DNA of 64,000 nucleotides from Raillietiella orientalis (lineage: Eukaryota). The stretch is taken from contig JAYWIR010000030.1 of the NCBI GenBank assembly GCA_036172245.1, positions 2,418,001 to 2,482,000 on the forward strand, read 5' to 3'. Positions 1 to 11,899 of the stretch are shown here, one piece after another. Position 1 is the stretch's first letter. Each line of letters opens with the position of its first letter. Below the pieces are notes generated by a model. That model did no database searches. It was not told the DNA's origin and saw nothing but the letters and a program-made list of their open reading frames with translations. The position numbers were made by a program, and so were the translations under genes.

Positions 1-351
1 GGAAACTTTCCGGAAGAACTGCCGAGCCAAATCCGCCCTCTTCCCTCGGGGCATCGGAGCCGCGCGCGCCTTCCGGCGCTTCGTAGCTGTCATCGCGGCA
101 CGTCCCTGTTTTGCGTCTGCAAGCCAAAGGCTGATCGGGAGATGTTTCGGTGTGGGGCGTTTTCCCGTTGGGGGGGGGGGGGGGGACTTGCGTTCGCCGC
201 CAGACCTCCGCTTGGGTTTTGACTGCGTGGACGCAAAGGTCCTCATCTGGAGACCGGAAACGGCGTCCGCCGATCACCGCCGCCACGGCCACCTGCAACA
301 CCGGGCTCGACTGCTCCTTCCTTCCGAGACACTGGCAGAGGGGTCGTGTGT

Positions 352-580
352 CAAACAAATTTACAATTAAATCCTACTTCAATATAAAATTACATACATA
401 ATCCAAATTTTAAACATTGTAGTTCACTAATATTCCTTTTCATGCTACATCTTGATTAAAACTTTTAATTACCCTCTATTAAGAAAATTAGTTACTCTTA
501 AATAATCGAATCAACAATATACAACACCAAAAAAGTAAGCTCCTCACGAATTATCATTTACTAAACAAACTCCTTTACCC
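352..580 (-). pseudogene. NUMT: fragment of mitochondrial 12S (small subunit) rRNA, 3' half
   Basis: Abrupt AT-rich island in GC-rich DNA. The minus strand carries, in order, AAGGAGTTTGTT..GATAATTCGTGAGGAGCTTAC, AATCAAGATGTAGC, GTGAACTACAAT and TGAAGTAGGATTTAATTGTAAA. These match conserved arthropod mt-12S blocks (GAGGAACCTGTT..GATAATCCACG, ATCAAGGTGTAGC, ATGRGYTACA, TGAAGGTGGATTT..AGTAAA). Confidence 0.85.
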
Positions 581-1399
581 CTCCTTCACCAACTTGTCCG
601 AAGAGGGAAGCGGCAAGGCTGGACTTGAGGTTGCAGCGATCGCAAAGGGGGCTTTCCGACGTGGGGGGAGGGGATAGCAGGAAGCGGGAAAGAAACCGAA
701 CGGCAGGGTTCTCTGCCTGGAAAGCTGTCCAGGAATGTACGACGCTCCGGGAAAGAGGTGGAGCCCCGTCGGGTTGCTCGGAATCGGACGACTTGCGAAA
801 CATCGAAGGGACCCCGGGATCGAATGGTCAGCGACCGTGGTCATCCTCGACGACAGCGCATCTGAAGCAGGGAAGGCCGCATTTTTCTTCCTCTCCTCCT
901 TTCCTGGACGCCGCTAAGGGACACGCTTCCTGGGAGAAAGACCATCCTTCCTTTGCAACGCTCGCGGTTCCACGGGTCAGCGCACCTGAACATTACAAAC
1001 CTATAGCCGCGAGGGTTCCTAGCTGCTCCTGGATCACCAGGGAAACTCGCCAGGAGCTGCACTGCGTTCTGCCCTTGTTGAAGGGGGTCGGAATGAGCCT
1101 ATTCATCCTTTCGGCCGCAGTTCCGACTCGCTCCCACTTCACCGACCTCCTGCCGTTGGGTTTCCTCCAAGTCCGCCTTTCTCCTCCCGTTCACGAGGGG
1201 CTGTGATGGTTGGCAGAAGCTAATCGGAGGGAGCAACTTCCATTTTCTCCTTGCGCTCGGCACCAGAAGCAGCGCTGGCGCCCACTTGCGGATCCTTTTC
1301 CAAGTTGATAGGACCACCACACGAAGGAGTTCCGAACAAAAATGTTGCGCTCTTTCTTGTCCGAACGCGCTGCGTGTGGCTCCTATGGCAGGCCGACAC

Positions 1400-3100
1400 T
1401 CGAAGGCACCGCACGCACCGTCCGCATGATGACTTCCGCCCCCTAACGTCATCCTCATCAACCAATGGCAATGCGGACTTTCAAGTTTGCGTCATCATCA
1501 GCTTCCCGGAGAACTCCGGGCGGATGCTGCGAAGTGACAGCCAACCTTCCCGTCTCCAGTGGCGGCGGCTCCCCACGAAAACTTCCCCACGGGAGGAAAT
1601 GTTGCATCGCGACACGCCATTCGACCTCTTTGTGCCCCCGGGGTCACGCTTACGTGTTCATCCGTGCACATCCGCACGCGTGCCCATCCGCACCAGCGGG
1701 AACTCACACGCGCGCGCTTTACATGCACGTCCGAGAGGCGTTTCCTTGGCAACCCGTGGAGCGTGCGACCGGGAGAGGAGCGCATTGCTGCCTGCGACGC
1801 AAGGGCGCTCCAAGTCGTGTACCGACCTGTACCGTACAGAAGAGGCGCTCTCGAATGACTCCTTCCGGGAGTCTCGACGAGTTTCGCCTCGAAAAGGAAA
1901 CATCCCTTGTGCCACGGGTGCCCTCGATCCCGGCGGCGGGCGACCCCTTCGTCTCCACATGCCCTCGAGCCTGACCCTTCCCAACGTGCCTCCGTCAAGG
2001 CGTGATGGTCCCGCCCTGACAGCGGTCCAGCCGCACGGCTTCCAAGAAGCTCCGGTCGCCCTCCGCGCGGAGGGGGCCCTGAGGGGCGTGGTCTCTTTCG
2101 CTGTAGCAGCCGGCCGCACCAGAACTGCGCGCGCGTGCTTCCGCCGGAGAGCCTCCCTATAGCAACGCATCCCCTGGACCACTTCCTGGATGTCTTCCCT
2201 CCCTGCTCGCCAATTCGTTCACCCTGGGTCCCCGAAATTCCTTCTCACGTCCTCCGCCGTGCTCATGCGCTCCCAGAGCGCCTCCGTCCGCGACCTTTCT
2301 TCGAGGGTGACCGCGTCGCCTGGATGCCTGAAGACCTCCTCCATGCATCTCGATGGGGTCTGCCCCTCGATGAGGAAGCGACCCTCGTGCCACGAGACCA
2401 GACGTCCTCTATCGCGGGCAGCTCTTCCGCCGAGACAGGCCATTGACCTTGACGGACCCTCATCCCTCTCCAACTGCGAAATGGATGCAGGTCTTGAGCT
2501 GACGTCCATTGGCGTTTCCGACGATGGGAGAGGGCGTTCCGATGCTTTCAAGAGGCGCAGGAAGCGGAAAGGAGTGCCTGACACTCACCACGGTCGGTGG
2601 TGCAGTGACTGCCTGGCGGTGCCCTTGGGTAGTTTGAACTCCGCTGACGGATGCTGAGCTGGCGCTGATCGATTCTGAGGGAGATGGGGAGAATGCGGAA
2701 GAGCTGGTCCGCGTCGGCGACTTTCCAGGCGATTCTTCCAGAGTTGCTCGTGACAGCGGGTCTTCCCGTCTCGTGAAAATGAGATGAGCAATGATGACAG
2801 GGTGGGTGAAGTTTACGGAGGCAGAGGGAAGCATGGGTCACCGTAGGGAGTGTGAGACGTTTTTCCCAGGGAGCGGCGCTGGGAAGGCGTGAGCATCACA
2901 ATGCTGGCTGGCGTTCTCGCCTTTGCTGAGCCGTTCCTGAGAGCACGCACGCGGTGACTTCCAGGATGCAAATGGCCCAGGGAGTACCCGAGGAAAAGAA
3001 GGAAGTGCACCATTCCGGTCCCCGTACAGGAGGAACTGGAGGGCACCCGCGAGGAGACCTCTCCTCCCTCTCGGTTTCCAGAACGGTCCCTTCTCTCCTC
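1400..3100 (-). pseudogene. Decayed AAA-ATPase-like (PF09820-type) paralogue A
   Basis: Degenerate motifs in order across frames: VPSSSSCTGTGMVHFL (Walker A position), NFTHPVIIAHLIF (GK-Y/H-PVI.L.F), RFLRLLKASER, GREDIQEVV, IRERLFCTVQ. Individually weak. Confidence 0.35.
1414..2270. repeat. Direct repeat copy 1 (about 0.85 kb), near-identical to 41289-42150
   Basis: Direct alignment at offset 39874. About 12 substitutions in 1441-1809, then apparently identical over 1810-2217. ORF translations in several frames match. Confidence 0.97.
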
Positions 3101-3299
3101 TTAACGACCTAAGAGCGTCGAGTGCACAGTGGGACAACGCAACTCTCGCGGTTCCCCCTGGCGTTTCGGATGACCCTGAAAAGTCTCCTCTTTCTCTTCC
3201 AGGAAAGAACATGGGCGAGAAGAAGGGGAACAAACCAGTGAAGCAGTCCTATTCGTTCCGCAACCCCCTCCGGCAGGTCGCTCCCGTGTTTTCGGATTC

Positions 3300-5250
3300 C
3301 CCTAAAGAGAGCTTGGAGTCCTCCCCCGAAAGTTCTCCTTCCTTGCCTTCTAGCGTGTTTTCCTTGCCGAACTCCTGCTGGAGGTCGGACAGCTGTAATG
3401 TCGGTGAGATCCCTCTGTACGGACGATGTCCCCAGAACAGTCAGACGTTATCGGACAAGATCAAGTCGGACGTTTGCGACAAGGAGGAAACCGTCAAGGA
3501 TCTTTTCTCGTGGTAAGTCCTATCTTTTTCGGCGGGGTGACCCGAGGGCAGATGGGGTCCTGGCGAGGGCTGAGCTGCAGGGATGCGGGGGACGTTTCCC
3601 TCCGACGCGACCCGCTCCGACCGCGATCGTCCCGAGCCACCGGCAGCCGAAAGGCCAAGGTGGCGCAGCACCCACCTTGGAGCTCCCAGGCAATTGCGAT
3701 CCCATTAGGCGTCCGGCAGCAGAAATCGGGCCTCAGGGTCTCGGAGCCGTCACGACCCCGGGCCAGAGCGCAGGGTCACGACTTAGCAAGCTGCCGGGGG
3801 GGTGAGCAGAAAAATTCCCACAAGCCGCTCTCCGGCCTTCCTGCTGAACGCCAAGCGGAGGCACAAGAAATCAAAACGCCGTTTCCATGATACACCTCGG
3901 AAACCATCTTGTCTCTCAGCCACTGCATGGCCTCGTAGGGACCGCCTGTCCCTCGGTCCGCTGCAATGAATCTCTCTGCAGACAAAGTCGAGCCTTCTTG
4001 CAACACGGAGGGAGCTGCTGATGCGCTGCGTTGACGGGTCCTAAGGGCAGGTCAATACTTTCCCCTGGGTTGGACTCCAGAAACGGAATAGAGGAGCCTC
4101 CGAAGTGAGGTCGCGATGGATTTGCCGTCGCTCGCGCTCTTGCAGCACCTGCCGAACCGCGCGGCACCGGGCGGCGCCTTCAAGCACGCAACGCACCACT
4201 CCCATGGGCTAGGCGGGCTTTCCAGGTTCTGCCAGGTGCAACGGCTGGAAACGCCGTCGGCGCGCGCCAAAAAATACTCAGTGGCGATTGAGAGAAGAGA
4301 GCTGCGTTCGCAGAGCCAGACTGAGAGCGACTCTTGAGCTAGCAGTCCGCTGGACCGGTCAGCGGACGAACTGGAAATCATGGTCCCTGCGGAAATGAAG
4401 GAATCTGCAGAATAGGGGTTCCCGGACTGGCCTGCCTGCTCCGAATCTGCTGAGTGGTCAGGAGGAGAGCGTGGCACAGACGCGAGGATGCGTGGTCGGT
4501 CCAACCGGGAGCGGAACAGGAAGCGGGGATGGGCGGGAGTTCGTTTCTCAGATCCCTCATCTTCAGCGTTCTTGAAACGCGTCAGCCCAGCCAGAAAGCC
4601 TGGCGGAGACACCCTCAAGCCGAGACTACAAAACCCTCCTAGAAGGAAAGGAAGATTCTCTACCACGATTCCTCTGTGGTAATCTTGCCCGAGAAGCGCC
4701 ATCCATGAACTGCCGTTGGGTATCCAAAGAGGATACCGCCTCGGTTACTCGTCGCACATTAACGAACGTTATTGATGGCTGCTTTGGATTACATCCATCG
4801 AACGTATTGATCTCAGTCCCATGAGTCTCCATGAGAACGGACTGGAGTGAAGGCTGAGAGAGACTGGCTCGTCATTGCTTTTCCCGACTGAAAATCCGGC
4901 CCACCGGCTGCCATTCCCTGCGAAGACAGCGGCACTTCCAGGAATGGCACTGCGTGGCAACGCAGGGACTCACGGAGGGAACCGGGGCGAATCTCTCGAA
5001 AGACACAGAGCGTTCTCAGATCGTCGGCAATCGCCTGCAAATCTCGGATTTTCGAGAACGACAGCGCCGCTACCAGAAGCACCCAGGTGCTTCCGTTTGG
5101 AGGCGGGAGCCCTGCTGCGTCGCAAAGGTTGAAATGAAGGCGCAAGGAAACAAAGAGATGAGCTCATCGGTCCATGATGGCTCCAAGCCGCTAGGGCTTC
5201 ATTCGCACTTGAATGGTCGGGTCAGCGAAAAGCCCTAAGCAAGAAGATCG
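3300..5250 (-). pseudogene. Decayed AAA-ATPase-like paralogue B
   Basis: VLLVAALSFSKIRDLQAIADDL (ORF 4813-5145) resembles VLITAPRRFGKSTNLDMIKRFL. KQPSITFVNV (ORF 4626-4832) resembles K.PVI.V.F. EYFLARADGVSSR (ORF 4052-4702) resembles YL..ALLTGVSR. Order is correct; frameshifted. Confidence 0.5.
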
Positions 5251-5379
5251 CGTTGGTGGCCGTGTGATTGCGGTCCCCGTACGTGGCACCGAGCGTTGAA
5301 GGGTTGAAAATCCTCACTTGGAGAATCGACACAGAGCATGGAGGATGCGTCGTAGGTTTCGAGTTCCCCCGCAAGATTA

Positions 5380-5910
5380 GGCTGGTTGGCCTATTTGGGT
5401 GCGGTACTGAAGGGGAAACGGATGCCTCCGTCGATTGACCGGAAATGGAAGTGGTCCATCCGGGGTCTTTCCGGGAAGCAAGGAGTCTTTCAGGGTTCCT
5501 TCCGGCTGCGAGGATGGAGCCGTAGCACCATGGAGCTGATTGACTCCCTCCAGAGTATCAAACAGCCCTTTCGGGGAGCGCACTTCAGAGAAATTGGGAA
5601 GCGTCCCTTCAAAAGAAATGAGCGGTGGTCTCCTTTGGGGGACCCCTCTGGGGAGAATAAGGAAGAGGTGGTTCCCTTTGGGGTCTCTTCCCAAGCGTGA
5701 GTGGAACGGATTCATTCCTCGAAAGCCTTCCTGGATTCATAGAATCGCCCTTTCCCGGGGTAACCCCTAACTTGAAGAACAATCACACTCTCGGGTGGCG
5801 TGGGAACGGTGCTAAAGACCGTCGTGAGCTCCGTTAACTGGTAGGGTAGAGCGCACCATCGGGTGGCGTGGAACAGTGCGAAAGAGCTTCGTGTGCTCAT
5901 AAGCGAAGGT
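5380..5910 (-). repeat. Dispersed Pro/Gly/Glu-rich repeat family, copy 1 (5' part of the ATPase unit)
   Basis: Aligns with 44290-44890, 46360-46870 and 56945-57790. Minus-strand translation contains PKGLFDTLEGVNQLHGATAPSSQPEG. Confidence 0.9.
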
Positions 5911-6744
5911 TGTTGAGTGCTTAGCAAGAAGACTGAGCAAGAATTTTGTACATATTTGGATCTCAGCTGGGAATGCCAGTCGTGATGGGTGAAACCAGAA
6001 AGCAGAGATGTATCCTGGCAGGCTGTGCTTTGTTTTCGAGAGAGAAAGAACTTCCTGAAAGACGCCAGAGTGCTCAATGACCATCTGCCCCCTTTCCGTT
6101 GATACTGGTGCCCAGGTTCCAAAGGTTTCAAAGAACTCGCAGGCCAGGCGCTCCGAAAACCTCGATTCAAGATGTCTCGCAGCGCGGAACGAGTGACGGC
6201 TCGGTGCTATTGCTGACGGCTCTCGTCCGGTGTTCCATCCCTAACGCATCTAAGCTGCTGAAGTTCTTATATCGGGCTTAAGGTCTCGTCGGCAATCCAA
6301 AGAGAGGGGCTGCCGTTGGTAAGAAGATGGCACCGCAGTGGCGGCTTGAATTCGAATCTCGACACCTGCCCGTGCCCTCAGCCCACTCTCTTCCAGCGTT
6401 TGTCATCCCGGGACCTACGGCGAACGATCTCGTCTCGGGTGTGACGCTGATCGGAACAATCGTAGCCGATTCTGCTCTGGAAAGAACCTCAGCGTCGCGG
6501 GAATTTATTGGGTTGCTGTTTACAAACTCTGCGCTCACAGTTGTCTTCGCTGCATTCATTACGCTGTCGCTTTAATTTCGCTGCAGAATCGAGCTGCACC
6601 CTAAACAATAACAAGAAAAAAGATCAAGAGCTACGGAGGACCTGTTTTTTGTTCTTTTTTTTTTTTTTTTCGGCTGTAGGAGGATGCTCGCCGTGTATCA
6701 TTCTTATTCATGCGTTCCCTCTTAGGAGATAAGAATGGAATGCA

Positions 6745-9700
6745 TCACGGTGAAGACTTCGACCGGCTCCAAACCGCTTCGAGAGCGCCGAATTTCCAGA
6801 CGCTCGGAAGTTCCGTTCCGCAATTAACATTTGCTGTTGCGAGAAACACCATCGGCTTCCTCGCTCCATTTATTCTTTTCCCTTGAAGAACGTCCGCAGC
6901 AGCTGCTTGATTTCTTGCGAAACAGATTAGGGCATTATTCTTTCTTGCTATTCCCGGTGTGTATTGACTCAGGTCTTCATTGAAAGTCTGCAATCATGGA
7001 ACCCAGATTGCTCAGCACCTTCAAAATGACATTTTTTTTTTTTTTTTTATTGTGTATGTCGTGCATGCCTTTGTAACTCAACGATAAAAGTTAAAAAAAA
7101 GAAAGAAAGAAAGAAAGAAAGAAGAAGAAAGGCAGCCGATTCGAAGGAGGAGAAAAGACTTTTGTGCGACTCCTCTCTGCGAATTTCAGACCACGGCAGC
7201 TTTAATTCGGAAAAGGCCAAAAGTTCACACACGGTTTGCACTTCCTCGCTCTGAGCACATCAAACGCGATGCGCGAATACGGAAGGAATCCAGATGCTCG
7301 GTCTAACGAAGGCAGAGAGAGTTTAGGGGAAGGGAACCGAAACGACCTCTCCGGTAGGCATCATCAGCATGCGGCACGGCAGAGATCTGAACGGCGGCGC
7401 TTCGGGGCAGAATCCGCACAAGAGAATGGACCAAAAAGCGGAACGAGACCTCTCGGAAGAGATTCCACCGCACAAGAGTGCAGCCGCATCTTCGGTCCGG
7501 GTTTACCACAGAGCCCTCGGAAATTCTCGCAGGAGGCTCTCCTGGCTTCTCATTTGCACTCGTCTCTCTCTCTCTCTCTCTCCCCCCCCCCCCCATCCTT
7601 CCTCCTGTAATTTCAGACACTTTGCGCAAAACGGATCATCTTTTCAACCGTTGCAAGGTTTGATCGTCACTTTGGTGATTCACGCTCCACTCCTAGTATT
7701 CTATCGAGGACGGAACGTTCGCTCTGGAATAACGGGAACCGTGATTCGATTCCGCACGCTCCTCCACAGGATAACGGAGTTCGGGGAGGAATTGCCAGGA
7801 ATGAAATTAGTCATATGATTTTACTTTGCTCCGTTTCTTCCTTTTGAAGAAACGCTGTTTGTTTAATCAATAGCAACATCCATATCTCCCATGTTTGATT
7901 CGTTAGTTGAGAAAAAAAAAAAAGGACACACAGTGGGAGAGAGAGATCTCGAATGAGCCCGAAAACAAATGAGCACGTCCGCTGTTCCACGTATTATTCT
8001 ATTTTTTTTTTTTTTTTATTCCACAACAGCTTGTGCCTCACGGAGATCAATTATTTCGGGCTTCGACCGTTTGCCCAGATTTTCAAAAATCCTCCGCTGT
8101 TGCCGTTCGGTATGATCCGGTGCTCCTCCTTCCTGTACGATTCCCGGTGATCGATAAAACAGGTACTCGGCGGAACAAACTCGCTTACCGCTTAATAAGA
8201 CCGCGCCGCACAAAGCGAAGATTTGAAGCTGCAGCCCGGATCTTCGAGCGCTGTTGAGCGCAGGAAGTTCCTCTTTTGCTTTCTTGGGCAAGGCGGAATT
8301 TCCGCTCGAAGATGCTTCTTCGCCAGTTTCGGCAGCTGCACGGATTTTCCTTTTTTTCCTTTTCTTTCTTTCTTTTGTTTGTGTTTCTGTGTCGTGATAA
8401 ACTCATCTTCATCTACATTTCCGCATCGAAATCATCCCAGAGCAGCAACTGCAAGCGATTACCTTTGGAATTTTGGAAGATGTCATCAGCATCCGGACCG
8501 AGCCTCAGTAATATTAGCGGAAGCGCGTGCGAAATTTCTCGATTCCTCGTAACTAAGTAACCAGATTTTTCCCACCGCGGATTACGAGTTAGAAAATGCA
8601 GCATTTGCTGCCGGGGGGGAACTCTGCTGGATCTTTGCAGCAGCTCTCCTCTTTCTCTTTCCTTTCCTAAACTGGTGCTCCATCATGGAACCTGGGTTCT
8701 GTAATCCTGTGACACGGCGAAGAGCTCGGCGGTGTTTCCATCCGCAGTGAACGCATCCAACTCGTTGCCACGTTTCTCCAGAATGGCACGCAGCGACAGT
8801 TCGCTACCGGCATTCCCTCACCTCATCCTTTCGAGTTCATCCTCACGTCGAGTCCGGAATGTTCTCAAGTGCGAAGTCCTGCAGCCTCGCGATGTGCTTG
8901 GTCAGCGAGGACGAGCAGCAAGTTCGACAAAACCCCATTCGGCAGTGCGGCAGTAACCATGGGAGAGAGATCTCCCGTGGTTGCTGTATTTCATGCGCAG
9001 ATCCAGTGGTGTCTATCCATCGGTGTTTCGAACGTGAACATCCGCCTCGCATTATGGAACCTCCAACGCGCAATACCCTTCGCACAAGCAGCGTGAAGAA
9101 AGGTCGACCCGTCGCTTCCGCGTCAGCGCTCCAAAGAAGTTTCGATTGCACGGATTTGCCAAACAACGAAGCTGTGCAGAAGCAGCGGCCGAGGTCCGAA
9201 GAATCGGTGCTCTCCGGGAAGCAAAGGGGTGGCGGAACTGCGAAACACCCGAAATTCAAATTTCGATCCTTCAGATCGCCGCTCAGCCTGCCATTTGAAT
9301 ATCTCCGTGTTTGTGTTGCTTAGTTGCGTTTCCCATTATCATTTTCATGTTGGCTTGCAGCCATCGAAATCAAAGTTCTTCCTTTTTCCTTTTCCTTCCC
9401 TCCCGACTCGCATCTGTCAGCGCCATCCGAATACAATACCACGGGGAATTCGTACCGATTTTCCATAATAATTTTCATAAATATAAAGGAAATTCGCTGA
9501 TGGTTTCATTACCCCTCGCGGTGGTTTCTTTTCTCTCCTTAATGCTTAAATTTGAATAAGTCCTTCTTTTTTTCTAAAAAAAAAAAAAAAAAGCAAAAAA
9601 AAAAAAATACAATCCCGGGCATCCATCCATTTTGCAATGATAGATGCATGCTGATGAATCTGTATGTAAATGCAGCCGTTGAGGAAATTTTGCCCGGGCC

Positions 9701-10170
9701 TTATTCGTAGGCATCGAATACAGCGTTATAAATTCGTGTCATTTTTCAGCAAGGCGCCTGGATTTTTCCTTCCTTCTGGATCAGAGATATTCCTGTCTTG
9801 TAGGGAGATGATTTAGTTAATGAGTCCTTCGTCGTCTTGCCTCGTACAAGCGATTTTTCCTCCTCCAGACTTTCTCGACCGCGTTGCTTAGAACGAATGC
9901 GGAGTTCCCGAAATCTAAAAAGACGTCAGTTATTGAGCTCAGGTTTTCCTTTTTTATAAGCGCCAGGATTTCACGAATGCCCCAATTATCGGGGATTTCT
10001 GTTGTTTGAATCTCCAAGACTCGTTTAAGATCTTAATTTCAATTGGATACCATTAAAGTAAAGATAAGTCATTTGGAAAGGATTGGATTCAAACGGAAGT
10101 CTGCACTCTGCATCCAAAGATTCATCCTTCGATGCTCCGAACGAGTTTCGATTTCCAGTTGAACGTTAAG
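6745..10170 (-). pseudogene. Decayed AAA-ATPase-like / PD-(D/E)xK paralogue C
   Basis: Motifs in order: LWMQSADF (~10110), TTEIPDNWGIREILALIKK (ORF 9817-10017; resembles TRPRRWGKS.NL.MIK), ARAKFP (~9690), KGNRLQLLLWDDFDA (ORF 8413-8604; resembles GKKV.VLIDEFDA), LQIFALCGA..HTERQQRRIF (ORF 8016-8291), VKSYD*F (~7815). In-frame stops and frameshifts throughout. Confidence 0.55.
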
Positions 10171-10199
10171 TGTCAATCTGCTTCCCTGTTTCTGTTGCT

Positions 10200-11850
10200 G
10201 AACTTTTCCTCATCTTAGCTCTTCCTCCCTACCGTGTTTCTGCTCCGAAAGAAGGCGCGGTCTTTCTTGGAATTCATAACCCTGCTTCCTCATTGCTCCT
10301 TCTGACTCTTCAGATTGCATGTCTTCTCGCATCCGGAATAATCCCGCACATCTTCACAGTGAGGAGAAAAGCGAGAGAAACGGGGCTTCCGAGACTGCCT
10401 ACAACCTTCCTCCACCCACACCCATATCCGTTCGCAAACAGCAGTGAAATGTCTTCGCAGAAGACTGGAAGGGCCGTAGCCACCGATGTTCACACCGGAA
10501 GCAGCATCTTCGTGTAGCCAAAATCTCCTTGCTACCTATAACGTTTAGGAGCACGTTGAAGCACTGCATCTCTTGTGATCACCATTGCAAGCGTTTCCTC
10601 GCTCTTCGGACGTGCACGTTTCCTCCATTCCAAGAGGGGAAAAATCCATCGTCTTCCGATTCCAAGAAGCCAATAAAAATTCAGATTCTCGTAAGGCAGA
10701 TGCAGTTGCCGGAGAGGTCGTGTTTGGGGGCGGGTGGTATTCACCCCTCACCCCCTCCTCCCTACTCCCAAACACGAACCTCTTTTGGAAGAGAAACGTT
10801 CACGGGTACCATAAGCGATTTCTGTTTCTAGAAAGAAACTCTCTTCTGATCTTTTTGGAACTTGTTTGAAAAACACTTTTTGCCCTTCGGTTTGCATTAT
10901 TATAATGTTCCTTTTCAATATCGAAGCAGACACGTTCCTTTGGTGATGTCACAGAGCAAGTTGGATTTCTGCGGAATTATTAAAGGAAGAGAATCGAAAG
11001 GAAGAAGGAACATTCTGATATGCACGGACCGACAAGGAGCCTGCTGACATGCCAAACTTTCTGCCTTTGAAAAGTTTTCCCAGACTCAAATTGCTTTCCT
11101 GTTCCAAGAGAAGGTTTTAAAACTCCAACAGAAGGTTGCGTCGCAACCTCACTGTCATCACCGAAATATTCCGGACATAACGCGAAGTTTCAGGGTGTGA
11201 AAAGCATGAGTTTTGAATTTCAAGAGCATTTTGATGTCTTCCAGTCGAGCTTACTAAGGAAACCAGATTGGTCTGTCTGGAGAGCATGGTGCGCTTTTCC
11301 CTCGGAACCGATGGAGCACTAGTGAAAGAGCCACAAGCACAAAGCGGACCGAGGTCCCCTGCAAAATCAGCGGCACTGGTTTGAGATGAGATCAGAAGGG
11401 AAGCCTGGCGATTGGATTCATCACACGTTTTGAGAGGTGCATCCGTGCCGTTGAGTCTGGCAAAGCGAAGCGCTTTCATGGAGCAGCAGTTGGGATGACG
11501 TGTACGACGCAGGGATATCTTTGGACCACCGTTACGCCCGTTTGCGACTGTTGCTAGGAAACACGTTCGAAAAACGTTAACCAGTCGGGTTTGAATTTGA
11601 GTTTTCTTCATAGAGGAGATGCAGGACATTGGAAAGGGAGCGTGAAAATGGTTCGCTAGTGCAGGTTTCATGGCTGCTGCTCTTTGGAGAGAAGATTCTC
11701 CACGGAAATGCTGGCTTTTAGCTTTCAGCTGTCCCATCGAATCACCGGCAGAGGAATGAAAGGAAGCGACAGAATTTATTTCCTTCTCTTGTGAGAATGT
11801 TATGAGGAATATGAAACGCAGTAGAAGAAGACCAAAGGCGTGTTAGCATT
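10200..11850 (-). pseudogene. Decayed AAA-ATPase-like paralogue D
   Basis: NHFHAPFPMSCISSMK and TSRYVRNISVMTVRL in ORF 11117-11737. HLPYENLNFYWLLGIG in ORF 10532-10744 resembles YL.N..L..YW..TG. Confidence 0.45.
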
Positions 11851-11899
11851 TGTGATATTAAATTATATTAAATTAGATCTCGGATCTCGGAAGCTAGGA

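Noticed and set aside
8700..8800. Ankyrin-like ILEKRGNELDAFTADGNTAELFAV on the minus strand
   Set aside because: Single imperfect unit lacking TPLH, located between ATPase motifs of relic C.
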